This document shows, in pieces, positions 13,701 through 24,975 of a DNA stretch of 27,972 nucleotides. The stretch is taken from positions 62,001 to 89,972 of the forward strand of contig NOWV01000251.1 of assembly GCA_003344405.1 (NCBI GenBank). Reading direction: 5' to 3'. Under the pieces are notes generated by a model, which did not search any database, was not told the origin of the DNA, and saw only the letters and a program-made list of their open reading frames with translations. This DNA comes from Trichoplax sp. H2 (lineage: Eukaryota). The position numbers and the translations under genes were made by a program. Numbering within the stretch: position 1 is the stretch's first letter; each line of letters begins with the position of its first letter.

Positions 13701-16700
13701 CGTGTCTATCGTCATCTGAAAGATGTTGGGATGGTCCTGTCGTTAGAGAGTGTAAAAGTAAGCCCTTATTTAATTTATGAATCAAATCTTTTTTACCCTC
13801 ACAAATGTAATTTGCTTTATATTCTCACGTAATAATAAATAGAATGTTGAGAATAAATATTTACTCGCTGGGCACATGGCACTATTCTTAGAAGAATATA
13901 ATCTTGCCCAAGTAAGCTAATTTTTAAAGAATATTGATGTCTTTGCCGGGGTTGAAACTTTACATACAATATCAATAATAAAACTTCTATAATGATTATC
14001 ACTTATGAAGCCATTTAACTAAACTATAGGATCTCTTTTTAACATCAAATAATCCCAAAGTGGCTTTAGAGGTTTAAAATAACTAAATATTACTTAAATT
14101 TATCGTAATATACGATCAATACTTCGATAGCCATTCTTAGAGTATAATTTGATTCATAGATGCGATGTGATTTACATCACTGGGATCAGGCATTGCAATT
14201 GGCCAAAAACTTTTCGCAGGAAGAAGTCGCTTACATATCCAAGGAATACGCGCAACAATTAGAATTCATGTAATATCATTCGTTCAAATATATGTCAGAA
14301 AATTTCATGTTAAAAATCAAACCATAACGATATCACTTTGCCGTCTATCGGTAAATTTGATTGTAAAAATTTCCTTATATAATTTCAGGGGCGATTATCC
14401 GAATGCACTAGTTAACTACGAGAACGGATTAACAAACGATAATGAGGTTAGCGGCCAAAATCAAAATTTACTCGAAGCGTGTGTCTAGGAATTAATTAAA
14501 CGTGAGTTTCCAATTACTTAACCTAACTAGAAAAGCGAAGATAATGCTATTTGTACTGCTGGTGTAGCAAGAATGGCTATCCGTGTAGGAGATATCCGAA
14601 GGTAAAATTATTTTTTATGCCTAATATAATCTTATTTAGTAAGATAGTACAGGAAGACGTAGACTAATAGTAAATCGATCTTTGTTGAAATGTAGGGGCG
14701 TTGGTATAGCTGCAAAATCAGGAAATCGTCAATTATGTCGAGAATGCGCAACTGTGCTAGAAGGAATGAAAGTTAGTATAGCTGCAGATAAGATTTCTAA
14801 ATATTTTCTCTTTCGTACGTAATAAACTGAAAATCTCTAACTCTCTTTTCAACACATTAGCAATTTCCTGAGGCTGCAGCTTTATATGAGAAAGGCCAAT
14901 ACTTCGATAAAGCTGCTACCATCTATATTAGAACCAAGAACTGGTTAGTATAATAGCAGGATACTTAAAAAATATTGTTCTTTGGAAGCTTTAGCATTTC
15001 AGGAGATACTTTCTTTCATTGCATAATTTTAATATAACAGGGCTAAAGTGGGAGAATTACTTCCTGAAGTTTCTTCTCTTAAAATCCATGCTCAATATGC
15101 TAAGGCCAAGGAAGCTGATGGTAAATATAGCGATGCAGTTCGCGCTTATGAAAATGCCAAAGACTTTGATAGCGTTATCAGGTAGGCAAACTAATATACC
15201 GAATTTAATATTTACTGGAACTAATCGTATGATATAGAATAACTCGTACAATACCTGACTGAAATATGATCTGCTCTTAAAATGATATTATAGAATCAAT
15301 TTAGAGCATTTACAGAAGCCAGAAGAAGCAGTTAGGATAGTCCGAGAGACTCATTCTGTCGAAGGTGCTAAAATGGTAGCATTGTAAGTATCCTATTATA
15401 ACACTAATTAGCTGGTTATTAAAGAAAAAGATCATTGATATGGCTACATCACTCAATGCTAGTGTTTAATCTGCAAGATACCGTAATTTTATAACTACTG
15501 TATATCTTATGGTAAAGTTTTATATTCGTAGAGATTTGTTTAATAATATTTTGGCTCTCGATTGTTGTCTAACTATTACTATATGCATTTCAATATTACA
15601 GATTTTTTCAAAAACTTGGAGATTTTGCTTCAGCAATTCAATTTCTTATTATGTCCAAGTGTACAAACGAAGCTTTCCAACTAGCAACGGTACGGCAAAT
15701 TCGTTTAACTAATTTTAGAGCAATAGTTTAATAAATATTATTTCATAACTCTCTATTATAGACGCATGATCAAATGGAACTATATGCCGAAATAATAGGT
15801 ACAATATTTTGCTTAGTATCGAATATAAAATGTTAAGAACTTATTAGCAGTGCATCATGAGCTATGGTCTACAGTATATGTCTCTAATGCGTCGATATTT
15901 ATTCACGGATATATCGCAAATAACTGTTTAGAATATGAGTATAAATTACATCTCGCTATGCTTCTCTAATTGCAGGAGACGATGCTAGTAGCGAAGAATA
16001 CGAGAGCATAGCTCTATATTTTGAAAATAGAAAATATTATTTCTTAGCTGGTAAATTCTTCTTGAAGGCCACAAAATATGTCAAGGTAAAACTTAACCAA
16101 ATATTCCGCTACTCAAGCGATTTCGTATCGCTAATGAATAGAATTCATTTAAACGTCTATAAATACTAGAATATTTGTACATTGAGTAGGCATTGAAGTA
16201 CTTTTTGCGTACTCAACCACCTGGCGAAGGAAATAAAAGCATTGACATGGCAATTGAAACTGTATGTATATCGCGTAGTACAATTTCAAGAATTGAAAAC
16301 TGTCCATAAAATACAATGTGGTAATTTTTGCTTCTATAACCGTTAGGTTGGTCGCGCTCAAGATGAAGCATTAACTCATCAATTAATTGATTACCTAATG
16401 GGCGAAGTAGATGGTGTACCTAAAGTAATAACATTTTAGCAAGTTTTAGTCGCAAAATCGTAAAATATTTGCATGCTATTGAATCTATAATTGCTGAGTA
16501 TGAATTTTGAAGCTAAAAAACTTTCATAATTAAAGAACTCCTCCAAAACTTAAAGATGCAAATTGAATCTTATTGTAATCGTCTTTGATTTTGAACCACA
16601 GGATGCCACCTATTTGTTTCGATTATATATGGCTCTTCGCCAGTATCGTGAAGCTGCTAGAACAGCAATTATTATTGCTAGAGAAGAACAAACCCAAGGT

Positions 16701-18163
16701 AAGAGCCTTAAATGAATATTTTTACTCCATTAAATTGTTATTGTACCGTATATAAGTAAATGTAACTAAGGCTTTAAATATTTTTTATCAATTTCAGGCA
16801 ATTACAGAGTTGCTCATGATCTGCTATTTAGCATGTGTCAAGGTACAAAGTAAAAAGTTGACATACTTACTTATATTTCGGATAATCATTACGTGAAATT
16901 AAATCCTGTTTCAGCGAAGTAAAATTTGTGCGAGTTCTTAAGTTTAAAGCAAATATAATTCTTTATTTTTATCGATCACAGAATTACGCAAGCAAAAAAT
17001 TAAGATACCTTCGGAAATGTCTCAGAATCTTATGATTTTACATAGTTATATATTAGTCAAGGTATGATCTAGTCTGATTCATGTGTTATGAGATGGTAAC
17101 CTTAAACTAATGCTTTCTCCATCATGTTGATATAGATGCATGTAAAACGTGGCGATCATGTGAAAGCAGCCAGAATGCTAATTAGAGTAGCAAATAATAT
17201 TAGTAAATTTGGATCACGTAAGTAGTAATATTACCAGTATAATACTACGAAATATGATTGTATATCAATGATTAACATTACGTTATTCCTACTGGATAAA
17301 AATTAAGAATTTAATATTTTTTACCTCCCTAGACGTTGTACCAATCTTGACCTCTACTATTATCGAATGCCATCGATCTGGATTAAAAAATTCTGCATTC
17401 GGCTATGCGGCCATGCTGGTTCGCCCAGAATATCGTAATAAAATAGATTTAAAGTATAAAAAGAAAATAGAACAAATCGTCAGGTTATTTTCAATTAAAA
17501 AGTTTTGCAAACGAAATTGAAATATTAGCGATTGCTAAGTAATTAAATGAAAATAAAGTAAAGAAGATCATTTTGTTCATAATTCGATATAGAAAACCAG
17601 ATAAGTCTGAAGTAGAAGAAACTCAACAACCCTGTCCTTTCTGCAAATATGAGCTACCTCAAACACAACTTGATTGTCCTGACTGTAAAAATACTATCCC
17701 ATATTGCATAGTGACGGTAGGCTTTTATCAAAAAATAGAGCCAATATTTAAGTTAACTGCCATAATATCACTCAATGATCTGACTACACTTTATTTGTGG
17801 TATACTACGAATTTAATAGACAAATAATTGTGATTTTGCTGTTGTTCTTTGATTAACTGATTATTTACCGGATTGATTAGGGACGCCATATGACTGTCGA
17901 TGAATGGACTAATTGTCCAAAGTGTAATTTTCCTGCTCTATATGAAGATTTTAAATCGTAAGTGATTATCTATTTTTATGATAGAATTTGCTAATAATCT
18001 CTTTAGGGTATTGAAATCGTCAACATATTAACTTTATCGACTTGATAACAGAATTATTGAGGATGAGATTCCATGTCCGATGTGTTCAGAAACTTTTAAC
18101 GCTTCCGAAATAACCAAAGTGACTGATATTACGCCATTTCTACACCCCGACGGAGAAGATTAG
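7769..18163 (+). CDS. WDR19: WD repeat-containing protein 19 / intraflagellar transport protein 144 (IFT-A subunit), 49 coding exons, about 1348 aa
   Basis: Spliced by hand, all GT-AG, phases consistent, 4047 nt: join(7769-7774,7903-7997,8329-8397,8501-8565,8980-9040,9468-9566,9657-9717,9819-9890,9971-10054,10144-10224,10321-10352,10422-10503,10594-10685,10818-10885,11008-11070,11153-11265,11393-11617,11716-11838,12377-12443,12522-12604,12703-12783,12874-12940,13050-13150,13223-13288,13373-13410,13485-13582,13696-13757,13843-13911,14030-14071,14160-14269,14389-14446,14531-14601,14696-14771,14861-14943,15041-15181,15294-15383,15602-15689,15762-15798,15976-16085,16190-16261,16347-16424,16602-16698,16798-16842,16982-17061,17136-17217,17333-17483,17593-17716,17881-17957,18052-18163). 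Recognised WDR19 peptides: [86 protein letters not shown], and C-terminal zinc-binding CPFC..CPDC..IPYCIVTGRHM..CPKC..CPMC. Confidence 0.97.
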
Positions 18164-18240
18164 CTAATAGATGTCTCATTTTCATTTTTGTTATCCTTAT
18201 ACGGTTTATCACCGAATTGTAAATGTTTATTGATACATGT

Positions 18241-18246
18241 ATTAAA
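18241..18246 (+). terminator. Candidate polyadenylation signal of WDR19 (ATTAAA)
   Basis: ATTAAA 78 nt after the stop codon; position only, in AT-rich sequence. Confidence 0.3.
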
Positions 18247-18488
18247 GAGAATCATTTCATGCTGTAATCTTAAGTATTTCTTCTCTTAATCTGATCACGA
18301 TTAATTTATATCCGTAGGATTTACTGTGTTTTTAATTCTCATCATATCTAGTATCTAGGAAATGGATATCGACAATGATGTTTTATCTACAACAATTTGC
18401 CGTCATTTTGGTACGGCAAGGTACTGCTTCGCCAAAATTACATGAAAATTTGAATGTATACGCACTAAATTGTGGTTATGATAACCAC

Positions 18489-18903
18489 TGGCAAAGCTGT
18501 TAAATGGGATTCCTTGCATAAAACTAAAATTAGTTGAAATGAAGTTATTAAATAAAACTGCATAGAAAATACCATTTTGTCAATATTGTATACTTGAAGT
18601 ACAATTAATCTGAAGTACTAATCTGAATATCGATAGATTTCGTCATCAACTCTATCTTCCCTCCATCCAGTTGCTAGGATTACTAGGTTTTGCAGTATAA
18701 CTTACAGTTAAATGAATCTAACTTTTACTTTTAGCAATATTCGCAACTCATTCAGTCTTATTCCTTTATACTAAAGAAAAGGGAATAATGTAATAAAATG
18801 TCTTCTCAAAAATAAAACAAGAACTACAACTTCTTGTAAATTTTACTTACTACATAAGTTAGGTGCGTATAACAACTGCCAGGGAATAGCTAGATGCAAT
18901 TAG
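18489..18903. repeat. Dispersed direct repeat, copy 1 (3' end of GRL-like copy A)
   Basis: Aligns at roughly 80% by eye with 23711-24162; this copy lacks about 50 bp found at about 23841-23890. Confidence 0.9.
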
Positions 18904-19832
18904 ACATTCTCTAGCCACTTTTATAATCTTATAGTCTTAATATACGATTCATCTATTTTTTTATAGATGTGATCTACTGTATGTTATTGCTTATGATTTC
19001 AGAGTTTCAACGTATAGAATTCAAGTAATAAGGGTTTACTTAGATAATAGATCATAGACTTTTCTTAAGTTATATTTCTAATTTAAGACTGCAATATATA
19101 CTACCAGTTACCGTTTGCTGCGTCATAGAGTGCTAACATTCCGATATTCTGCATTCTGCAGATGTTCCACCTTAATGATTATCAGTCAAGAGGATAAAGA
19201 TAAATAATACTAGATTTTTATGATTCTCCAAAATTGTTATTCAAAGGCAAAGGTAGAGCATGAAAGCCAGAAACTTTTATAAATTGTAATACTCACCTAG
19301 CGTGAGTAGCAGAATAAAACTAATGCAGGTATGAACTGGCCTACCTCATACAAGGAGCTGAGTCTTATAATGCCAAAAGGTCCACGTATAGTGAGAACAC
19401 TCTCATAGAAAGAATTTGTGGTAATTTTATTTACGACCTTTAAAGATACACAACTTATAAATACTGTAGTATTTCGAAAGCAGTTGGAAAGATTAATAAG
19501 GTTACTAATACCTACAAATACAGCTACAGTCAGTAAAATTGCAAGCATTTGCTTTATTTATAAACTTCTTCAATACGGATATAGTTATGTCTAAATTATA
19601 ATTACTAATTTTTCATGCATTTTGATTAGAGTATATATAGACTGGGTCTCTGAAACCTCAACTATAGTTATTTGTGCCGTATTAATTATACAATAGAAAG
19701 CACCTTACTGCTTTTTATGATAACTCGTATCCTCTTTTCGCTGAATTTCTTCACTGATAATCGTAATTATTGCATACCTTTAGCCCTTCCATCAGCATAG
19801 AAGATTGTAAGAGGGAACGTGTTATAGAAGTT
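18605..19832 (-). pseudogene. GRL-like family copy A, frameshifted and internally deleted
   Basis: Exon remnants: 19832-19778 (NFYNTFPLTIFYADGRAK); 19590-19297 with a frameshift (..MLAILLTVAVFVGISNLINL..LYEVGQFIPALVL, similar to ILSVAVTIWHILNIVQL..KYKVSEFMALANL in D); 18770-18729 (YKGIRLNELRILLK, phase 0-0); 18673-18605 (QLDGGKIELMTKSI.. with most of TM7 deleted). ORF 20077-20331 may be its first exon, uncertain. Confidence 0.6.
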
Positions 19833-20327
19833 TTCTATTTTGAAGTTTTAGGCTAGGCAAGGGTAAGTTTGTAGTAGACTCTTAATTATTATGAAAGTGG
19901 TGCACGTGGTTCTTTGTCATATTTATAGGAGTCTTGCACCGAATGATACCCTCGCTCAAGCCTTTTACGATTGAAAATTTTCGAAAAGCTGGTATAGGGC
20001 GCTCATGCTTCTATTGGTTAATATAATTTCAACAATTGCTTATGTAATACGTTCATAATACGTCCAGAATAACGCATTATACACGTATTAGTAAAACAAG
20101 TTTCAACACATCTATCCCGAAAACTATTAAATTAATATAAGTATAGTTTAACTTAAAATTATACATTTTTACAGTATACTGTACACTTGTTTGCGGACCG
20201 TATCGGTACGCGCCAGGGATGATATAATAACAGACGGAGACTGACAATAAAGGAGAAAAGACGTTTTCAAGTGCAAGGCTAATGATTAGTTTTTTAGATT
20301 TATAATTTAACAACACTAACAGGTCTA

Positions 20328-20411
20328 TCAAATGGTAATACTATCAGTCAATTATTAACAAATGAGCACATTATCGTAAACCGTCAGCAAAGCGACGGGA
20401 GTTTGTAGTAA
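20328..20411 (+). mobile_element. Mini non-autonomous Helitron-like element, copy 1 (3' CTAG degenerate)
   Basis: a|TCaaatggtaatactatc...; hairpin ccgtc(a)gc-aaa-gcgacgg at 20381-20398; near-identical to the copies at 20538 and 23188. Confidence 0.6.
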
Positions 20412-20502
20412 CAGTACTGTTAAGTTAAAGTACTGTACAGTACTCTGTACTGTACTGTATGCTGTACAAAAGTACTGTACTTACGTACTGTACAGTACAG
20501 TA
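20412..20502. repeat. Array of TACTGTA/TACAGTA units (Tc1/mariner footprint-like)
   Basis: At least 8 perfect, often overlapping TA-C(A/T)G-TA units in mixed orientation within about 90 bp. Confidence 0.75.
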
Positions 20503-20537
20503 AACGGTAAATAGTTACTGAACCTCTGATAGGTATA

Positions 20538-20611
20538 TCAAATGGTAGTACTATCTGTTAAATGAGCACATTATCGTAAACCGTTAGCAAAGCGACGGAA
20601 GTTTGCACTAG
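20538..20611 (+). mobile_element. Mini non-autonomous Helitron-like element, copy 2
   Basis: a|TC...ccgttagcaaagcgacgg-9 nt-CTAG|t: 5' TC, subterminal GC-rich hairpin, 3' CTAG, between A and T, no target-site duplication. Confidence 0.7.
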
Positions 20612-20989
20612 TACTGTATGAAATTACATAGTAGCATTAACTTCTACTGTAATTAATGATCAAAATTAGCATACATATATTCTATTGACTAAATATATCA
20701 CTTGAATTACAAACTCACCTTATTTGATTCTTAACGAAAATTATGCTACGGACCATCTTAAAATTCTAACCCGAATAAAACATTCGGGTTTACAATATAC
20801 TAAGATATTAAGTAAAATCTACCCTTATAAAATCAACTAAATGAAGCATATATTTACAGCTAGAATACTTATCAAGATACAAATTCTAAGCTAGGATGAT
20901 TACAATTAAAAAACTTGAAGGAAAATTCTAAAAGTTAACGTTCACTCCATAATACTGGTATTTTGTTGAAAAACTTCCCAAATTTTAAG

Positions 20990-23033
20990 TCACTGAAACA
21001 CCTTGACGGCAATAATAAAATCAAAAATAGCAAAATAACACAATAACGCGCTAATGTGTTAAAGCATTTCAGCAGATAGAGATGCCATAACTAACATATT
21101 TTCTGAACCGATTTCCAAATTGTACCAGATACAAATTCTTGCCAATATGATTTTTAAAAGAATCTGCTCCTTTTAATTTTCTTCACCCTACGTTTAATTT
21201 TCTGAACGTACATTTTGTTAAACTTCAGCGTCGTATCCGATTCGATATGACTCTTCCAATAATTAATTATTAGTCTTAGACCTAAGAATATATATCCATA
21301 TTCGACCAAGACCTGTAGAAAAATTGTCCAATTTACCTCTGGTAATGCTCTTTCACGTATTATCATGAGAATATAGAGAAAGACAGTATATAGAATCACT
21401 GCGGTAGGGTAAATATATCTTTTAAATTCCTGGTATTACTTCTTAGAAATTGTACAAAGTTAAATTTATTACATTTAAATTCTTCTTCCAAATTCGAAGC
21501 CAAACTTGCAGCTGCTTGCTTACATGTACTTTCACTACATAGAAAAATTTTAACCGTGCATACTTATCTAAATACGCTTCTCTTGTCGGGCTGGGAGGAA
21601 AATCTCCTTCTTCAAAGAATACTAGCAACTTCACATAGCTCCAGTCATAGTCCTTTATTGCATCATACATAATCTTAATTTTGATATTCTCACTTTCAGA
21701 CTGAGGACAGTTTTCTACTAAATCACTGGGACTAATAGAAATCTTAAATATCTCCGCAATGCTTTCCATATCTTCAGGCGATGGGATTTCAATCTCTTTC
21801 ATCCATATAGATTCTTCGTTGATTGTTGAAGTCTTAAATGTCTGAAATTGTTTCTGAATTTTATTTAAATATTTCCGATATTCTAGAAGAACCTGTTCCT
21901 GTGACTCATAAATCGCTTCCAATTCATTTAAGTAAACTTTCACGCTAGCACAAATTTTAAAAGCCCTTCTGCTATTAAAACTATCTCGGTTTACGATAAA
22001 CGATCCACTTCAATTTGAGTCATAACACTTAGAGATAGCACCAAATAAAGCATCATTACAACTTTTAAATAATTAGCTAATCTTGATGGAATTTGGTTTG
22101 AATACCAAGTAAACAAGATACAAACAACAGTCCGAAAATTTCAGAATCATTCATTCTTAACAGGTGTATGTATTCCTGGTCATTCCCTATAGGTGCCCAA
22201 TACCAGTGTACGCCAATAAGATATAAACCGATGGCTACAGTTATTACTAGGCCTATAAAATTGATAGCAGATACCAAGTTTCCATTTACTCGTCTTATTC
22301 AGTAGCTAGGTACAAATAATTCAAAGATACTAAATTCACCTTTAATATCACGGCATCCATTCCTGTCATTTTTAAAGAACAAGATTAAAATAATTACAGA
22401 ATTAATATCATTCTACCCTAATCACAGTGGCGCTGCACAGTATTTTAAGTAGCGTAACGAGCTATTACGTTCATCGTTATGATAATGCTATGCAATGTCT
22501 ATATCTTATAGGTATTGTCAATTAAATTCTTATACAATATAACATTGTATCATTTTGAGCCGTATCAGTTCATTCACGTTAAATTTTGACATGGAACGTT
22601 ATAGTTAGGACAGCAATAACGCCTTTAACTTGTCAACACTGCATCGTTTTCGATTATTATGGGTAACTATTCTATTAATTTTTCCTTAACATTATAGCAT
22701 AGTTATTAACATACCTTGTAAGCTTACCTACGTGCTGTTTTCGAATTTATAGAAGAAACAGAAGATGTCAATGAAAATGGATAAAGTAAAGATCATAGTC
22801 CAGTTTAAAGTAGGAGAGATTAAACTTTCGGGTAAAGGGAGCGAAAGGTTACCGTAAGTCAGATTTTGATTGTTACATTGTCTTATAACGGTTGTTATCG
22901 ACAAAGCAATCTTTGCTTGCATACGCAAGCGATCCTTAGACACTTTAAAATGATTGGTATAGAATTGACCACAGTACTAAAGACATTGTACAGTACCTGC
23001 TAATCTTAACTTGGTATATCCATCACCGTACAT
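20990..23033 (-). pseudogene. GRL-like family copy B, full length with several stops and frameshifts
   Basis: Colinear with D (B/D): MYGDGYTKLRLAGTVQCL / MFGFSNMLKIEFCNGICCL; NLTYGNLSLP / DITGGNVTGP; phase-2 acceptor at 22363-22364, as in D; SEIFGLLFVSCL / SEFMALANLSYL; VYLNELEAIYESQEQVLLEYRKYLNKIQKQFQTF / VFILQMEKLCKSKDQALTSLLESYNILQEQFNKF; WKSHIESDTTL / WDSRISRDSSL. C-terminal LYLVQFGNRFRKYVSYGISI at 21140-21075. Accounts for ORFs 22728-22943, 22077-22277, 21443-21943 and 21154-21399. Confidence 0.8.
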
Positions 23034-23187
23034 TCGTTATCATAATGTGCTTTGTTCCATTAACCAATCTTAGTATAGCATTTCATAGCATTTCATCCGT
23101 GAATGCATTATTGAAAAGTAGTATTCTGCAAGCATAGCTGTGGATATAGTAGTGCCTGGCTGTTACCGGGATATATACTGTATGATG

Positions 23188-23271
23188 TCGAATGGTAATA
23201 CTATCTGTTAATTATTATCAAATGAGTACATTATCGTAAACTTTCAGCAAAGCGACGGTAGTTTGTACTAG
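23188..23271 (+). mobile_element. Mini non-autonomous Helitron-like element, copy 3
   Basis: TCgaatggtaatactatctgtt...cagcaaagcgacggtagtttgtaCTAG|t; same family as the copies at 20328 and 20538. Confidence 0.65.
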
Positions 23272-23403
23272 TATTATACAATATAGCATGAATATGATTC
23301 AGCTATAATATATGATACCTACAGTACATACAATACATGCGTGTTTATAGTTTGCACAACGAGTCTTCCTTACTTTTCTTCTTCGGCATCTTACTTTACA
23401 GTA

Positions 23404-23528
23404 TACCTGATTTACTATGGAGCCTTACTATCGTACACTCATCGTCAAATATTCCGCCGATAAAATTGTCTATTTAAAAAGCAATATTTCTGTACCTGAT
23501 GTACGATGGAGCTTTATTATCGTACACT
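23404..23528. repeat. Short degenerate direct repeat (two 36-bp copies, 89 bp apart)
   Basis: tacctgatttactatggagccttactatcgtacact (23404-23439) versus tacctgatgtacgatggagctttattatcgtacact (23493-23528). Confidence 0.75.
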
Positions 23529-23710
23529 TTTTGTGACATCACGGTAAATTCTAAGCCTCAGATAAACGAATATTTACATTATTTCATCTCAAATGTTAAG
23601 AATGCGTTTGGTTTGAAGTTTAAACTAGGACGGGCAGTTTCATAGTTTACTGTAAGCCGAGGATCGTCGATTAATTAATTGCGCATTAAATCGTGACTAT
23701 GATGTACATT

Positions 23711-24162
23711 TGGCAAAGCTATTAAATGGAATTCCTTGTGTAAAGCTAAAATCAGTAAAAATGAAGTTATTAAATAAAACTGCATAGAAAATATCATTTT
23801 GGCAAATATTGTATACTTGAAGTTTAATTAATTTGAACTATCATCGTAATACTAGAGTGCAGCAAAGGGATTAAATATATGATTGCGTGGCTAATATAAA
23901 AACCGATAGATTTCACCATCAGCTCTATCTTTCTTCCATCTAGTTGATAGGATTACTAGGTTTTCAGTACAACTTACAGCTAAATGAATCTAATTTTTAT
24001 TTTTAGAAATATCCGCAACTCATTCAGTCTTATTCCATAATACAAAAGAAAAGACGCTATAATGTAATAAAATAACTATAACTTCTTGTAAACTTTACTT
24101 ACTACATAAGTTAGTTAGGTTTGTCTAAAAAAAATTACCAAGGAATAGCTAGCTGAAATTAG
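23711..24162 (-). pseudogene. GRL-like family copy C, orphan 3' fragment (copy 2 of the direct repeat)
   Basis: Exon 24042-24001 YYGIRLNELRIFLK and exon 23946-23824 QLDGRKIELMVKSIGFYISHAIIYLIPLLHSSITMIVQIN*. Splice sites intact in A are mutated here (AG>TG, GT>AT, AG>AT). Similarity to A ends at the footprint array at 24165. Confidence 0.7.
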
Positions 24163-24164
24163 GT

Positions 24165-24340
24165 ATACTATTGTACACTGTACTGTACAGTACAGTGAAG
24201 TGTACAGTACTGTTTTTGAAATGACCCATTTTGGCGCCAAGTCTTACGGTATACTGTACGGTACTGTACAATGTACAATACATCGCTCTGTACGCACGGT
24301 ACGGTAGCTTTAGTAACGAGTTGGGTGAACTGTACAGTAT
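24165..24340. repeat. Second cluster of TACTGTA/TACAGTA units
   Basis: At least 6 perfect units plus degenerate tacggta/tacaatg variants. Confidence 0.7.
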
Positions 24341-24341
24341 T

Positions 24342-24506
24342 CTGTCTGAATAACAGGAAGTGAAACAGGGAGATTCTTGGAATGAAGACAGTCTCTACGG
24401 CATATTTTTGGGTCAAAATTTGGGCCTTGATCAGCTTCTTGATGAATAGGGTTGGGATCAACTTCCAAGTTGATCATAGTGTTGTACCATTGACCAGTTT
24501 TAACCT
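24342..24506 (-). mobile_element. Helitron RepHel (PIF1-type helicase) coding fragment
   Basis: Translates ERLKLVNGTTL*STWKLIPTLFIKKLIKAQILTQKYAVETVFIPRISLFHFLLFRQ, matching the recalled Helitron helicase motif L(C/V)NGTRL...IEA.ILTG..AG..VFIPRI.L...F.R.Q; contains an in-frame stop. Confidence 0.8.
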
Positions 24507-24657
24507 TTCTTTCGTGCCTTCGTAAAACTTTCTCCTAAATAGCTGATGGTAATATTAGCTTTGTTTCTTTTTCAAATAAAATTTAGTCGTTATCGTACGA
24601 ATTCCTATTTTACAAGTATGGTAATGCCATATGACAAATGCTAGGAAATAGAGAATA

Positions 24658-24942
24658 TGTAAGTATGAAGGGGTTATTGTCATAGTATTAGTAGAGTGAC
24701 TTCGTAAGGGTCAGTCTTAGATGCGCACATATTTGAACCTCGTATACATATAGAACTTTCTAGAATATTCAGTCCATGTATATTATAATAAATAAATAAG
24801 TACTAATAAGTTCTAGAATATTCCATGATAGACTATATATGAGCGTTGCTGTCATACTTTATTAGTTCGCACTTATAATTCGTAGTAAAGTTCTATTCTT
24901 TGCTAATACGTTGTCTCTACATTTGCTCGAGAACTTATTACA
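24658..24942 (+). mobile_element. Solo LTR (285 bp, Gypsy-like)
   Basis: aata|TGTAA...TTACA|aata: TG..CA ends, 5-bp inverted termini, 4-bp AATA target duplication (24654-24657, 24943-24946). Internal order: HSE-like repeats, TATA-like tatatat (24834-24840), AGTAAA (24884-24889). Confidence 0.7.
24752..24824. promoter_or_regulatory. Two heat-shock-element (nGAAn) arrays inside the solo LTR
   Basis: aGAActTTCtaGAAtaTTCa at 24752-24771 (4 units) and gTTCtaGAAtaTTCc at 24810-24824 (3 units), just upstream of the TATA-like motif. Confidence 0.6.
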
Positions 24943-24975
24943 AATATACTATATCATACTGTAGATGGATCGTAA

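Noticed and set aside
15388..15394. GTATCCT resembling a U12 donor in WDR19 intron 36
   Set aside because: Using it would create an in-frame TAA; a canonical GTAAGT lies 4 nt upstream and no U12 branch site is visible.
9237..17827. Short ORFs within WDR19 as separate genes
   Set aside because: 11324, 12640 and 17573 are WDR19 exons read into introns; the rest are off-frame or antisense.
20328..20611. Hairpin-bearing repeats as a CRISPR array or tRNA/SINE
   Set aside because: Eukaryotic context, no regular spacers, no cloverleaf or A/B boxes; ends fit a Helitron.
18489..24162. Direct repeats 5.2 kb apart as LTRs of a retrotransposon
   Set aside because: No TG..CA ends, PBS/PPT or gag/pol between them; the repeats contain exons of the membrane-protein family.
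24168..24461. 97-aa minus-strand ORF as a gene
   Set aside because: Chimera of the Helitron helicase relic and translated footprint repeats (TVQY units).
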